A stretch of 64,000 bases of DNA, from contig JAMCXO010000002.1 of assembly GCA_023473545.1 (NCBI GenBank), positions 6,340-70,339 on the forward strand. The letters are read 5' to 3'. Under the pieces are notes generated by a model that saw nothing but the letters and a program-made list of their open reading frames with translations, had not been told where the DNA came from and searched no databases. Source of the stretch: Patescibacteria group bacterium. GTDB lineage: Bacteria; Patescibacteriota; Microgenomatia; Levybacterales; UBA12049. This document shows positions 48,216 through 58,447 of this stretch, piece by piece. The translations under genes were made by a program, and so were the position numbers. Every line of letters begins with the position of its first letter. Within the stretch, counting starts at the first letter, position 1.

Positions 48216-49259
48216 AACATACTTTGCTCCTTTTGTGCTTCCGTGCTTTTTGATAACCCCATGCTCTATCAATGCCTTAAGCTCATTTAAAATCGTATCC
48301 TCGGAAACCATTGGGAAAAGCATGTAGAATGCCTTATTCTGAAGATAGCCTGTTTCCTGAATATACTCGATGATTTTTAGCTGGCGCTCGGAAAGAAGAA
48401 CCGGTTTTCCGCCAAGTCTCTGCCTAAGCTTTCCGTCAACCGATATTCGCTCAACCTTTTCTTTTATTTTCGAAAGTTCGATCCCAAGACCCTTTGTGAA
48501 ATACTCAAGCCAGAGCGTTAAATCCCCGCCCTGGCTTTCAACGCTTTGTAATGCTCCATAATAACTATTGGCGTCTTTGTCAAAATACTCCTCGAGCGAG
48601 AAAAACTTTCTGATGTCATATCCTTCCATAAACAAAATAAGCGTTGATAACGCCCTCGCGACCCTGCCGTTACCATCTAAGAAGGGATGAATCCGCACGA
48701 GTTCATAATGAATAACTCCGGCTTTCAAAACAGGGTGTATAGTTTCCGCCGAAGACTCATCTACAAACGCAACTAAATCCGCGATTTGGGATTCTACCTG
48801 CTCGGATGGCGGAGGCCTAAAAGAAACCTCCAAGGTCTGATTATTTTTAATCACAACCTGCGTCTTTCTGTACTCTCCGCACTTTTCCCGCGGCAGAATT
48901 TTTTCCACAGTCATTCTATGCAATTTCCTAATCGTAGACTCCGTAATTCTTCCTTCCGTACTGCCGACTGCAAATTCCGAAATATAATCCATCACTTTTC
49001 TGTAATTTATAATCTCTTGAATATCACGCTCCCTGCCGATAACCTCCTGTCCCAAAATAACCCTTTCCGCCTGATCCAAGTTTAACCCATTGCCTTCTAT
49101 ATGGGTACCATAATGAACGGCTCGGACCAGGGCGCTGTCCCTAAACTGCTTTTCGTAAAAAGGTAAAAGAGGCGCGCCCTCAATAATTTCGCGGCATGCT
49201 TCAATAGCACCAATGTTTTTTAAAATTGCGTTGGTGATGGTAAATTTAGGCTGATACAT
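48210..49259 (-). CDS. Fic family protein with C-terminal wHTH
   Basis: THIEGN, IHPFLDGNGRVAR. Confidence 0.92.
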   Translation of the reverse strand: MYQPKFTITNAILKNIGAIEACREIIEGAPLLPFYEKQFRDSALVRAVHYGTHIEGNGLNLDQAERVILGQEVIGRERDIQEIINYRKVMDYISEFAVGSTEGRITESTIRKLHRMTVEKILPREKCGEYRKTQVVIKNNQTLEVSFRPPPSEQVESQIADLVAFVDESSAETIHPVLKAGVIHYELVRIHPFLDGNGRVARALSTLILFMEGYDIRKFFSLEEYFDKDANSYYGALQSVESQGGDLTLWLEYFTKGLGIELSKIKEKVERISVDGKLRQRLGGKPVLLSERQLKIIEYIQETGYLQNKAFYMLFPMVSEDTILNELKALIEHGVIKKHGSTKGAKYVL

Positions 49260-49309
49260 AAATCCTAAAATCTTTGATCTTTGATCCGATTTATTGTATT
49301 ATACCAACT

Positions 49310-49573
49310 ATGAAAGCCAAGAAAAAACAGGAGAAAAAACTTCCCATAGAAGTGGTGCGCCAGATGCTCGTCCTTTCAACCAGCGGCTTTGGTTTGGTTG
49401 CCGCTTTGGCCTGGAATAATGTTATTCAGGAATTAGTCAATGACTACATTAAAAAATTGCTGCCTAAAGGCGGAAGCGCTATGTCGCTCTTAGTTTATGC
49501 CGTAGCTGTAACTGCCCTAGCTGTTTTTGTAACCTGGGAACTCTCTAAAATCATCGAGAGGCTGGAAAAATGA
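49310..49573 (+). CDS. DUF5654-like small membrane protein
   Basis: SGFGLVAALAWN motif; probable start MKAKK at 49310. Confidence 0.75.
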   Translation: MKAKKKQEKKLPIEVVRQMLVLSTSGFGLVAALAWNNVIQELVNDYIKKLLPKGGSAMSLLVYAVAVTALAVFVTWELSKIIERLEK

Positions 49574-49577
49574 TCTT

Positions 49578-50462
49578 TTATAAAAAAGAGGCCATTATTT
49601 TAGGAATTTCATCTGCTAAATCCGAAGCGTTAAAGTAATATCCTACCCGTTTGAATAAACTATCTCCTGCCATTTTGTTAAAAAAACTACCGGCCAAGGC
49701 TGAAAGAAAGGCGCCGTTTTTACAGTAAAGCGCAGCCACCAGTCCGGATAGAACATCCCCTGTTCCGCCTTTTGTCATACCCGCGTTCCCGCCGTTGACC
49801 CCAGCGCATCCTTCGGTTGATGAACAAACAATATCATTCTGGCCTTTAAGCAAGATCACGCATTTGTACTTTCTCGCTATTTCTAAAACGACTGAATCAT
49901 GAATCAGGAATTTTGAATGATGGTTCTTATTCCTTATTCCTGATTCCTGATTTTTAATTCTTAATTCGTTCTCAAATAGAATCTCAAACTCCTTACGATG
50001 GGGCGTTAAAATGGCATTTCGAGGAATAATTCTAGGATCCATAACCTGAAGGCTCCCCCCGTCAATTATCCATTTTTTGCCGGGATATTTTTTTAAAAGA
50101 GTCTCCGTCAGCTTTTTTGTGTCGTCATCCCCCTCTTCCTGCCCTTCTAAACGCGGCAGGCCAGGACCGATCAAAACACAATCCGCCTCCTTGATATAAC
50201 TATCTATTTTGTCTCTGGGAACAATAATGCCGTCTCTAAATTCTTCTTTGCACCTCTGGACTATAGCGTTGTTTTCCGGGATAGAGGAGTAAAAAACCAT
50301 ATCAACAATTCTTGAAGCTATCTTTAAAGACCATAGAGACGCCGCGTGAAACAATCTTGATCCGCCAATAACAAGAAGCTTTCCGTTCTGTCCCTTGTGG
50401 GAATCTTTTCTCGGGAGATAGAGTTTCTTCAGTTCTTCCCTGCTAAATGGATACATAAACAA
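49578..50462 (-). CDS. nnrD: NAD(P)H-hydrate dehydratase (YjeF C-terminal)
   Basis: SHKGQNGKLLVIGGS, IGPGL, ILTPH..EF, LLKG, GMTKGGTGDVLSG. Confidence 0.9.
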   Translation of the reverse strand: MFMYPFSREELKKLYLPRKDSHKGQNGKLLVIGGSRLFHAASLWSLKIASRIVDMVFYSSIPENNAIVQRCKEEFRDGIIVPRDKIDSYIKEADCVLIGPGLPRLEGQEEGDDDTKKLTETLLKKYPGKKWIIDGGSLQVMDPRIIPRNAILTPHRKEFEILFENELRIKNQESGIRNKNHHSKFLIHDSVVLEIARKYKCVILLKGQNDIVCSSTEGCAGVNGGNAGMTKGGTGDVLSGLVAALYCKNGAFLSALAGSFFNKMAGDSLFKRVGYYFNASDLADEIPKIMASFL

Positions 50463-50501
50463 ATGCTCCTCCTGTCCAATATACTAGCATACCGGAAGCA
50501 C

Positions 50502-51509
50502 TTAATGCTGAAGGCTTAGAAAGCGTTCGACCTCCAAGGCGGCCATACAGCCAAAACCGGCCGCTGTTATCGCCTGTTTATATAAACTGTCATGAACGTC
50601 CCCTGCCACAAAAACGCCCTCTATGTTTGTCTTCGTATGATCATAAACCTTAATGAAACCCTTCTCATCCGCGTCTATACCCTGAAAAACTTTTGAATTC
50701 GGAATATGTCCGATTGCGACAAACACTCCGTCAGCCGGCATTTCCCAGGCTATTGTCTGGTCTTGAACTGCCAGTGCTTGACCCCCCATTTCCTCAGGCA
50801 AAATTTCTTTTTCTTGGTTTTGGGTTTTGATCTCTATCTTTGATCTTTGATCTTTGATCTTTGATCTTATTTGAACCTTCTCCACCTTCCTCTCCCCCAG
50901 TATTTCCGCAATCTCGCTGTTAAATATAACCTTGATTTTAGAGCTGTTAAACACCTTCTCCTGCATGACGGCGGACGCGCGAAAAGCATCTTTTCTATGA
51001 ATAAGGATCACCTCGCTGGCAAATTTTGTTAGAACCAGCGCCTCTTCCATTGCACTGTCTCCACCTCCTACAACTATAACCTTTTTGTTTCTGAAAAAAG
51101 GGGCATCGCATGGAGCACAGGTTGATACCCCTTTGCCAACTTTCTCCTTTTCGCCCGGAACCCCAAGCCATTTTGTATCGGCTCCTGTGGCGATAATAAC
51201 CGATCTTCCCTCGTAGGCTTTTCCCGCAACGGAAATCGCGAATGGAGATTTGGAAAAAGCAGTTTGAGAGAAATCTTCGTCCAGAAACCGCGCCCCAAGT
51301 CTTTCCGCTTGCTTTCGCATCGCTGTCATTAACTCAGGCCCCTGAATTCCTTCCGGGAAACCGGGAAAGTTTTCAACAAGAGTCGTCAGCATTAACTGCC
51401 CGCCCCATTTTGCTCCGGCTATAACTAGTGTCCTAAGATTGGCGCGGGTGGCATAGATAGCGGCAGTTAAACCCGCGGGGCCGGAACCGATGATAATAAC
51501 GTCATGCAT
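50502..51509 (-). CDS. trxB: Thioredoxin reductase
   Basis: IIGSGPAGLTAA, CAPCD, VVGGGDSAMEEA, GVFVAGD, QAITAAG. Confidence 0.96.
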   Translation of the reverse strand: MHDVIIIGSGPAGLTAAIYATRANLRTLVIAGAKWGGQLMLTTLVENFPGFPEGIQGPELMTAMRKQAERLGARFLDEDFSQTAFSKSPFAISVAGKAYEGRSVIIATGADTKWLGVPGEKEKVGKGVSTCAPCDAPFFRNKKVIVVGGGDSAMEEALVLTKFASEVILIHRKDAFRASAVMQEKVFNSSKIKVIFNSEIAEILGERKVEKVQIRSKIKDQRSKIEIKTQNQEKEILPEEMGGQALAVQDQTIAWEMPADGVFVAIGHIPNSKVFQGIDADEKGFIKVYDHTKTNIEGVFVAGDVHDSLYKQAITAAGFGCMAALEVERFLSLQH

Positions 51510-51552
51510 AAAAAACCAAAATCAAAACGCGAAGTGCTGAATCTTTGATTTG

Positions 51553-51879
51553 TTACGAAGCTAAAACCTCTTCTATTTCCTTCTTAAAGTTTTCTTTGCT
51601 TTGGGCCCCAACCATGGTCTTTATCGGCTTGCCATCTCTGAAGATAATAAGACTTGGAATACTCATTACCGCGTAACGAGAAGCTGTTTGCGAATTCTCA
51701 TCTACGTTGAGTTTTCCCACCTTTAATTTATCCTGATACTCCTTGGCCAGCTCTTCAACAATAGGAGAAACCATTCTGCAGGGGCCGCACCATGGAGCCC
51801 AAAAATCAACCAGAACAGGAAGCTTACTCTGCAAAACTTCCTGATCAAAACTAGAGTCGGTAATTACAAAATCCGCCAT
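51553..51879 (-). CDS. trxA: Thioredoxin
   Basis: [11 protein letters not shown]. Confidence 0.97.
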   Translation of the reverse strand: MADFVITDSSFDQEVLQSKLPVLVDFWAPWCGPCRMVSPIVEELAKEYQDKLKVGKLNVDENSQTASRYAVMSIPSLIIFRDGKPIKTMVGAQSKENFKKEIEEVLAS

Positions 51880-51971
51880 TTATAAATTAACAATAGCAAA
51901 ATCTTTCTTTTCTGTCAACGGAAAAAATTAAACCGGAGGTATATTGGAGGAAAAAAGGGGTATATCCGGTA

Positions 51972-53558
51972 TTAAAAGGATGAAAGCTCTTCCCGTTTTG
52001 TGCGCAAAAACAAAAACCACTGCTCAAAGAATGAAAACAAACCCTTAAAAGGGGCTTCTATTAAGAAATCAAAGACAAAAAGAACAATACTTATCTGCGA
52101 TACTCCCTCTGTTAAATTTCGGCCAACCCGAACTATAGGCATAAAGAAAAAATCAATAAGGGGCGTTAAAAGACTTTGTTTCTCCAAAACATTATACATA
52201 TTCGCGGTTAAGATTATTCTGTAAGACAAAAAAGATACCACTGCTAAAAAAAGAAGGAATACTCCTTGGCTCACAATATTAAAATGAAGCTTGGTCAAGA
52301 TAAAAACTATTGCCCCAAAAGAAACAAAGAAGGCCAGAAACCATAAAAATGTAAAAACAATGTTTAATAAGGGCTGTTTTTGGTCTTTTCTTCCTTTAAT
52401 AACCAAAGGGTCGCCAAGAACTGGACTATCTTCATATAAAACTTCTTCTATAATCTTTAGTATTGCCCTAGAATTGTCATCTGCCGGAATACGGATAGAG
52501 ACCCCAACCAACACCATAAGAAAAGACGGCATGGCAATGTTCAAAAGCATAGACCCTAGAAAAACTTGTCCGTAGAAAATCCTTTCATAGGTTGACTCTA
52601 CTAAAATCGCGATTAGGGCCTTTGTTAAAAGAACAAAGGTAACGCTTCTCACAACCGCCCGTCTAACCTTGGAGGCAATCCCTTGATATCTTACCCTACA
52701 AAGGCCAAAGATTACCTGCTTCAATAAACTCGTATCTCCTACCAAAACCCTAATATTCCCTCTTTGGGTAGAAAGCGCATCCTCTAAAATCAGAAAGGGA
52801 GGGGTTCTTCTTTTGATATAAGAATAAATACTATCTTTAGCCGGATAGTAAATCTGCCTATTTATTTCTTTATATCCTGCCATAAAGTTGGCGGCAATCT
52901 TTTCAAGATTATCTTTTGTCCGTTCTCCAAAAAACTGTCTAAATAATTGATATCTTAAAAAAGCAATATCGTCTCTGTTGAATGCTTTTCTAATTGCCAA
53001 AAGAACCTGGGCGTCCCTTGTTTCGGTTGTTTCATCCAAAAGAGTAACATGATATCTCAAAATTTGAAACATAAAACTTGCCATAATTTCCCTTTCGGTA
53101 TTGGGGTTTACAATATGGGCAATGTCTGAGGAGACAAGCTGATAAATCCATTCGTTTATTGTTCTTTCCCGTAGTATTTCTTTTTTAATAAGAGACTGCC
53201 TAAGGGTCAAATAATAATTGATTGATTGATTAACCTCCTCTACGATTTTACCGCCTATCTGGCCATCGGGGATATAACGCGCCCATAGTAATTCGCGAAG
53301 CAAGGGTTCTGCTATGCTACTAGGATTTCCTCCGAGAAGAAGACGTCTTTTAAGGATTCTTTCAATAGCCGATCTTAGAATAACCTCCTCTTCTCTATAC
53401 TCCATGACATTGCGAAGTTTTTCGTATAAATAGGCTATTTGGGAAACAATGGGGTTTACTTTAAGCTTTGTTTCGTTATCGTGCGGCTCTTCTCTTTCAA
53501 AAGCAGAAATAAGTACATTTGCCAATCTCGCAAGGGGCTTGGTATCTTCTGTCGCCAT
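51972..53558 (-). CDS. Hypothetical protein, soluble N-domain plus C-terminal TM helices
   Basis: 528-aa ORF; YEKLRN..EYREE..ILRSAIERILKRR; several TM segments. Confidence 0.8.
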   Translation of the reverse strand: MATEDTKPLARLANVLISAFEREEPHDNETKLKVNPIVSQIAYLYEKLRNVMEYREEEVILRSAIERILKRRLLLGGNPSSIAEPLLRELLWARYIPDGQIGGKIVEEVNQSINYYLTLRQSLIKKEILRERTINEWIYQLVSSDIAHIVNPNTEREIMASFMFQILRYHVTLLDETTETRDAQVLLAIRKAFNRDDIAFLRYQLFRQFFGERTKDNLEKIAANFMAGYKEINRQIYYPAKDSIYSYIKRRTPPFLILEDALSTQRGNIRVLVGDTSLLKQVIFGLCRVRYQGIASKVRRAVVRSVTFVLLTKALIAILVESTYERIFYGQVFLGSMLLNIAMPSFLMVLVGVSIRIPADDNSRAILKIIEEVLYEDSPVLGDPLVIKGRKDQKQPLLNIVFTFLWFLAFFVSFGAIVFILTKLHFNIVSQGVFLLFLAVVSFLSYRIILTANMYNVLEKQSLLTPLIDFFFMPIVRVGRNLTEGVSQISIVLFVFDFLIEAPFKGLFSFFEQWFLFLRTKREELSSF

Positions 53559-53582
53559 GGGGGTTATTATATACTAAGATCT

Positions 53583-54158
53583 TTAACCTTGCAGAGCCTC
53601 TGCTTCTTCTTTAGAGAATTCCTTCTTTTTGCCAATACCTGCTAACGGCAGGATAAATCTATCCAGCCCCCACCATCCGGCGGTTCTTGAGGCAAAAATT
53701 AAGAGAAGCTCCAAGACAAAGAGTATCGGGTTGGTGCTGACAGTACCTGCCAAAAGATAATTCATATTCATAAACGCACCAAAAAAAGCCGCAATGCCCG
53801 TAAAGATTCCCAAGATAAGGGCTATCCCAACTAAAACTTCTCCATAGGATACCAAATAGGAAAAAATTGTAAGATTATGCATCACCAGTCCTGTTAGAAA
53901 TTGCGCATACCAACCCTGTACCTGTGGATGCGCTCCCCCTGTCTTGGCTAGAGCACCAACAAGAAAACCATGCAAGGCAACTCCTGTCTTAGAGCCGACC
54001 CAGACAGGACTCTGAACTTTTTCTATCCCCGCCGAGAGCCATTCCCAGCCGACATAAAGCCTGACTATAGCCCAAAACCAGGCAAAGGACATATTAGCAA
54101 ATAAAAACCTGGACAATCCGGACTCGGGTATCTCTGTTGCGTTAGGTTTTTTATCCAT
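53583..54158 (-). CDS. DoxX/DoxD (TQO small subunit-like) membrane protein
   Basis: RLYVGWEWLSAG.EK, GEVLVGIALILG, MNMNYLLAG..STNP, GLD. Confidence 0.85.
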   Translation of the reverse strand: MDKKPNATEIPESGLSRFLFANMSFAWFWAIVRLYVGWEWLSAGIEKVQSPVWVGSKTGVALHGFLVGALAKTGGAHPQVQGWYAQFLTGLVMHNLTIFSYLVSYGEVLVGIALILGIFTGIAAFFGAFMNMNYLLAGTVSTNPILFVLELLLIFASRTAGWWGLDRFILPLAGIGKKKEFSKEEAEALQG

Positions 54159-54174
54159 CTTGAGAACTTCCTTG

Positions 54175-54297
54175 CTATTTTTCTTTCTCTATCTTTTTCC
54201 AAAGCCAGACACCAAGAAGTATTAAGTCAACCAGAATAATTATCTGAAAAATTAATCCTGTTAATAAACCTGCTCCGTTTCCCCATCCCCACATCAT
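54175..54297 (-). CDS. 40-aa single-TM small protein upstream of doxX (not in the ORF track)
   Basis: MMWGWGNGAGLLTGLIFQIIILVDLILLGVWLWKKIEKEK*; SD-like GGGTGA 6 nt upstream and TTGACA further upstream. Confidence 0.7.
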   Translation of the reverse strand: MMWGWGNGAGLLTGLIFQIIILVDLILLGVWLWKKIEKEK

Positions 54298-54392
54298 ATT
54301 TATCACCCTTTTTACAGTATTTCCTATATAGAAGGGTTTGTCAATATACAGATCGTGTTTTGACGGGGGCGAAGACTACTTCCTGCCCGGAA

Positions 54393-54755
54393 TTATTGAG
54401 AGAAAGAAGAAGTATCCTGACTGTTCCGGGTAATCCCGGTTGATATTTGCGACATATCGGTTGAGTCAAGCGTTTGCATTGCCTCATTAAGATTCTGCTT
54501 GGTATTTATGGGTTGTGGGGTTACCTGTTGAATTTGATTTTGTAGAGCTTGCTGGGTTTGCCCTCGCGGTGTTTGCACTGGCTGATACTGTCTAATTTGC
54601 CCCCGAGGTTGCGCGGTTCCAGTCTGTTTGCCTACCATCACCATAACTATCACAAAAAGAATCGCTACTGTCCCAAGAGAAAAGGCAATTATTGTATATA
54701 AGCCCTTGTGGCTGTGCACTTCTGTTGGTATGGTTGATTGTATTTGTTCGTCCAT
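54393..54755 (-). CDS. Hypothetical Gln-rich membrane-anchored protein
   Basis: One TM helix followed by a Q/P-rich region. Confidence 0.7.
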   Translation of the reverse strand: MDEQIQSTIPTEVHSHKGLYTIIAFSLGTVAILFVIVMVMVGKQTGTAQPRGQIRQYQPVQTPRGQTQQALQNQIQQVTPQPINTKQNLNEAMQTLDSTDMSQISTGITRNSQDTSSFSQ

Positions 54756-54757
54756 AG

Positions 54758-55546
54758 TTATGGTGTTAATGTCACGCTTGGCGTAACTCCCGATGTTTCA
54801 GCTGGACTACTTGACGATGTTGCGCTCGGCGCTCCATTTGAATTTATGCTCGGCAGCGTTCTGACTGCGACAATAAGGTTTTTAATGGAGGTTCTATAAT
54901 CTTCCAATCCTTTAAGCACTGCCTGCATGTCTGTTCTGTACTGGGTCATTAATGCCCCCGGATTATTGCCGGTACAGGAAAAGCCGGTTACATCAGATTG
55001 GGCCGCTACAACTAACGGCGTAAGAGTGTTTTCTCTGGTGGCAATATCCGCAACAAGAGAATCATAGGACGGAAGGGTTGTTCCTGAGGGAACAACCTTT
55101 GTCAGATAATACCGCTCAACTCCTTGAGCGATTGACGTAAAGGTTTTCTCCATTTGCGTTGCTAAACCAACCAGATGTGTTGAACGATGAACAAGCACCT
55201 TCTCAATACGCTGGCATGCTTGAAGTCTTCTTCCCTGTAAATGATTTTGCGCAAAGGCAGGCACATGAACTACGGCCTGCTGCTGCATGCTGTCTGACTG
55301 TTGAAGCGGTTGGCCATTTTGGCCTGCCGGCGCGGAGGCTGCTTGTCCTTCCTGTTGAGACCTATATCCGTCTCCCTGGCTATTTGGTCTATTAAAACCG
55401 GGATTAGCGTAACCTACGCCTTGGGGCCTACCAAAGGCTAAAACTTGATTTACAAATATAAAAACAGGGATAAGAAAAAGAAGGATTGGAATATATAAGA
55501 AGCGCTTATAAAAGAACTCTCTCATGTATTTAGCATACAATGCCAA
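54758..55546 (-). CDS. Hypothetical secreted protein (helical domain, S/T/P tail)
   Basis: Signal-like hydrophobic N-terminus, two Cys, low-complexity tail; start uncertain. Confidence 0.7.
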   Translation of the reverse strand: MALYAKYMREFFYKRFLYIPILLFLIPVFIFVNQVLAFGRPQGVGYANPGFNRPNSQGDGYRSQQEGQAASAPAGQNGQPLQQSDSMQQQAVVHVPAFAQNHLQGRRLQACQRIEKVLVHRSTHLVGLATQMEKTFTSIAQGVERYYLTKVVPSGTTLPSYDSLVADIATRENTLTPLVVAAQSDVTGFSCTGNNPGALMTQYRTDMQAVLKGLEDYRTSIKNLIVAVRTLPSINSNGAPSATSSSSPAETSGVTPSVTLTP

Positions 55547-55568
55547 TCATTCGGTGTCAAGCTTTTCG

Positions 55569-57848
55569 TCAAAAAATCTTGAATATCTTAGTTTGGCCTT
55601 TTTCAAAAACAATCTTTCCCAATTTATAAAATTTATTCTCGTTAAGATTGGGGTATTTCTGTCTCTCTAAATCTCCGATGAAAATATATTTTATATTATA
55701 TTTCTTAAGAAGGCTTTTGGTTAGTTTTAAATTATTCTCCTCATATAAATTCTTTACATCCGGTATTCTTGCAGCAGGAATATTGTAGGTTCCCCGCCAT
55801 AACCATTCGTGAACAGTCCAGCCCAAAACAGTGGGAATGCCCGTGTTTGCCGAAACCCTGGCGTAATCGGTATACGAATCCCCTTGGGCCTCCAAGATTA
55901 CCGGCTGTCCCTTAACATGCGCATTTAACCACTGTATAGCCTCATAATCACTGGGGTAAAGATCTTTAAGATAGGCTGTTCCATTTAAACCATGATAGGT
56001 CTTAAGATTATCATAATAAGAATTTATGGCAAAATAAGGATAGATTGATACCAAAAATAGACCGATGCCTCCTATAAGTATTGCCGCTAATTGCCAGTAA
56101 TTTACTCTTTTCTTTAGGCCTTCTTTAAAATCGGAAATTATTCTTGTTATGGCATAGGCAGAGGCTATCGAAAGCATAATAAAGGCCTGATAAACAAGTT
56201 TAAACATGGTATTTGCCCTAAAATAGGTTGTATAAATATCTTTCAGATAAAAAAATTCAGGCGCAATAATAAGAACGCTTGAAAAAAGAATTAAAATTAA
56301 AACAAAAAGATCAGAAGGGGGAAAATTTTTAATTCTAAACTTAAAATTTTCAATCAAATTCAAATGATTAAATTTTAATTCTTTAAAAACTTTTGAGTTT
56401 TGATTTTTGATTTTAACAATAATAAACAAAGCCGCCCAAAAATAGAAAAAGCCGTATAAAATAAATAATTGCCAGACAGGAGAAGTCTGGCAGTAATTTT
56501 TTTCGAAAAGAAAGGGCCCTATTTTGCCGATTTTTGTTAAAAAATGGGGGGCACAGTTAATGCCGATACCGGAAACAAAGGGTTTAAAATTGACATTGAA
56601 AGGCAAAGAAAAAATAAAAAAGCAAATAGCAATCAGCAGCAAATAAATAATAAATGTGTAAATCTTTGATTTTAAATTTCTAATTTTAAATGAGTCCATA
56701 ATTCTTAATTCATAATTCTTAATTCGTGGGGGTTCGGAAGAAGGATCTATTAAGATAAGATACCCCAAAACTAAAAAGGCAAGAAGAAAGTAGATCAACC
56801 CGTCCCAGGCATTTGTCATATACATCACCGCTAATAAAAAGCTTATTAGGGGAATTTGTAGTCTTAAATTTCTAATTTTTAATGGATGCTCAAGGTTTAA
56901 GTTTTTAAATAACGACAGTAAAACGGCAATTATCAAAAGCACAAATGGAACATCTAAAACATGTCCATGAAGATCCGAGACCACAAAAGAATAAATAGGA
57001 AATTCATGAATCGTGTGGTAAATAAACCGGGTCGCGTTAGGATACCAGTAATTATTCGGGAAGGTAAAAGGAGAAAACGGCATTTGCCAAAAAGGAAGAG
57101 GATTGTTCGAATTATAGCCCGAAAAGAAAGAGTATATTGTTTGGAGATTTCCTGCAAAAGAAACTAAAAACGCAGTTAGCAATCCCCCCATTACAACTTT
57201 TGAATTTTGAGTTGTGTTTTTAAGTTTACTAATCAAGTTGGCGCCAATCGAAAATGACTCCATAAACGTCAAGGCAAATAAAGTAGCAATCATTAAATTA
57301 AAAGTAATATTGGAAGGTATGTTTGAAATTTTGGTTAATACCGCTGTTACTAAATGTCCAAAATAATAATAATTTATGGGAAGAGGCGTAAACCACATAT
57401 CTTTTGGCGGGAAATAGGTGCTTCGTAAAATTGAATTAAGAAAACCAAAATCCATGAATTTTTCAAGTCCATGGATATCCGGCTGATGGGCTCTGATATA
57501 AACCCAAAATAAAAAAGAGGCTAAAAATAAAATTTCCTCCAGTAAATAAATCGGCCGGTTTTTTTTATAAATCACAAAGTAATCTTCTTTTTTCATAATT
57601 AAAAAATTGATAATCGCGAAAAAGGAAAGGAGCATAATAAGACTGGGTTTATTAAAGGCAAGAATATGCGCTACGCCCAAAACGAAAATGGCATAAGATA
57701 TAATAGCCGCGCCGATTATCTTTGAAAAAATATATCCGTTGTCAAAAAGATTCCTTAAGAAGAAAAAAGTAAAAGGCAGAAAGATACTGCCCACCAAGAA
57801 TAAAATAAACCACCAAGTAAGGGCGTTAATTAAATCGGCTATAGGCAT
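55569..57848 (-). CDS. DUF2298 / YYY-motif polytopic membrane protein (GT-C-like)
   Basis: EKFMDFG, PPKDMW, INYYYFG, IHEFP.YSF...DLHGH, NAWD, RANTMFK, PTVLGW..HE..WR. Confidence 0.85.
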   Translation of the reverse strand: MPIADLINALTWWFILFLVGSIFLPFTFFFLRNLFDNGYIFSKIIGAAIISYAIFVLGVAHILAFNKPSLIMLLSFFAIINFLIMKKEDYFVIYKKNRPIYLLEEILFLASFLFWVYIRAHQPDIHGLEKFMDFGFLNSILRSTYFPPKDMWFTPLPINYYYFGHLVTAVLTKISNIPSNITFNLMIATLFALTFMESFSIGANLISKLKNTTQNSKVVMGGLLTAFLVSFAGNLQTIYSFFSGYNSNNPLPFWQMPFSPFTFPNNYWYPNATRFIYHTIHEFPIYSFVVSDLHGHVLDVPFVLLIIAVLLSLFKNLNLEHPLKIRNLRLQIPLISFLLAVMYMTNAWDGLIYFLLAFLVLGYLILIDPSSEPPRIKNYELRIMDSFKIRNLKSKIYTFIIYLLLIAICFFIFSLPFNVNFKPFVSGIGINCAPHFLTKIGKIGPFLFEKNYCQTSPVWQLFILYGFFYFWAALFIIVKIKNQNSKVFKELKFNHLNLIENFKFRIKNFPPSDLFVLILILFSSVLIIAPEFFYLKDIYTTYFRANTMFKLVYQAFIMLSIASAYAITRIISDFKEGLKKRVNYWQLAAILIGGIGLFLVSIYPYFAINSYYDNLKTYHGLNGTAYLKDLYPSDYEAIQWLNAHVKGQPVILEAQGDSYTDYARVSANTGIPTVLGWTVHEWLWRGTYNIPAARIPDVKNLYEENNLKLTKSLLKKYNIKYIFIGDLERQKYPNLNENKFYKLGKIVFEKGQTKIFKIF

Positions 57849-57871
57849 AAATTTCTCCTGATGATTCTAGA

Positions 57872-58447
57872 TTAAGACAAACCCTGATTTAATCGAGGGA
57901 GAATATCTTTGATTGACGTAACGGCAAAAAGATTATTCTTTATTTTCCCATACTTTCTATTATTGAGCCAAAAAAGATTTAGCTGCGGATTCTTCTCCGA
58001 TAGATAGTCAACCAGATCAAAATCATCGTCAACGTAGGAAGAAAGGGAAAGCTTTTTAATAATTTTATCTTTAAATATATGGGGCTGCTCATTAGCAAAG
58101 TTAAAATACATCCCGCTAAAAATCTCGCCAAGTTTATCTCTTGCTATAATCTCATCGGTCTTTTCTCTTAAAAAGGCGAACCTTCCTGAGATAAGATACA
58201 ATTTATTTATATTATCCTTCCCTTTTAATTGCCTTACAAAGGCTATATTATCTTGCAAGGGCTGTCTAAAGATCGAGTAATGTATCAAAAGTCTTAAGTA
58301 GGCTTCCGGCTTTGATGGAATTCGATAAGCAAGTTTTCCGTTTTTATTTTTATAAAACCTGTCTATAACTGTCTCCGGTACAAAAGGCGGGTAATCAACT
58401 AAAACCCTGTCTAAATCAAAACCTATATTCATATCAATTTTGATCAT
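57872..58447 (-). CDS. HAD-superfamily (5'-nucleotidase-like) protein
   Basis: IGFDLDRV motif I, LISGR, K, YVDDD motif IV. Confidence 0.7.
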   Translation of the reverse strand: MIKIDMNIGFDLDRVLVDYPPFVPETVIDRFYKNKNGKLAYRIPSKPEAYLRLLIHYSIFRQPLQDNIAFVRQLKGKDNINKLYLISGRFAFLREKTDEIIARDKLGEIFSGMYFNFANEQPHIFKDKIIKKLSLSSYVDDDFDLVDYLSEKNPQLNLFWLNNRKYGKIKNNLFAVTSIKDILPRLNQGLS

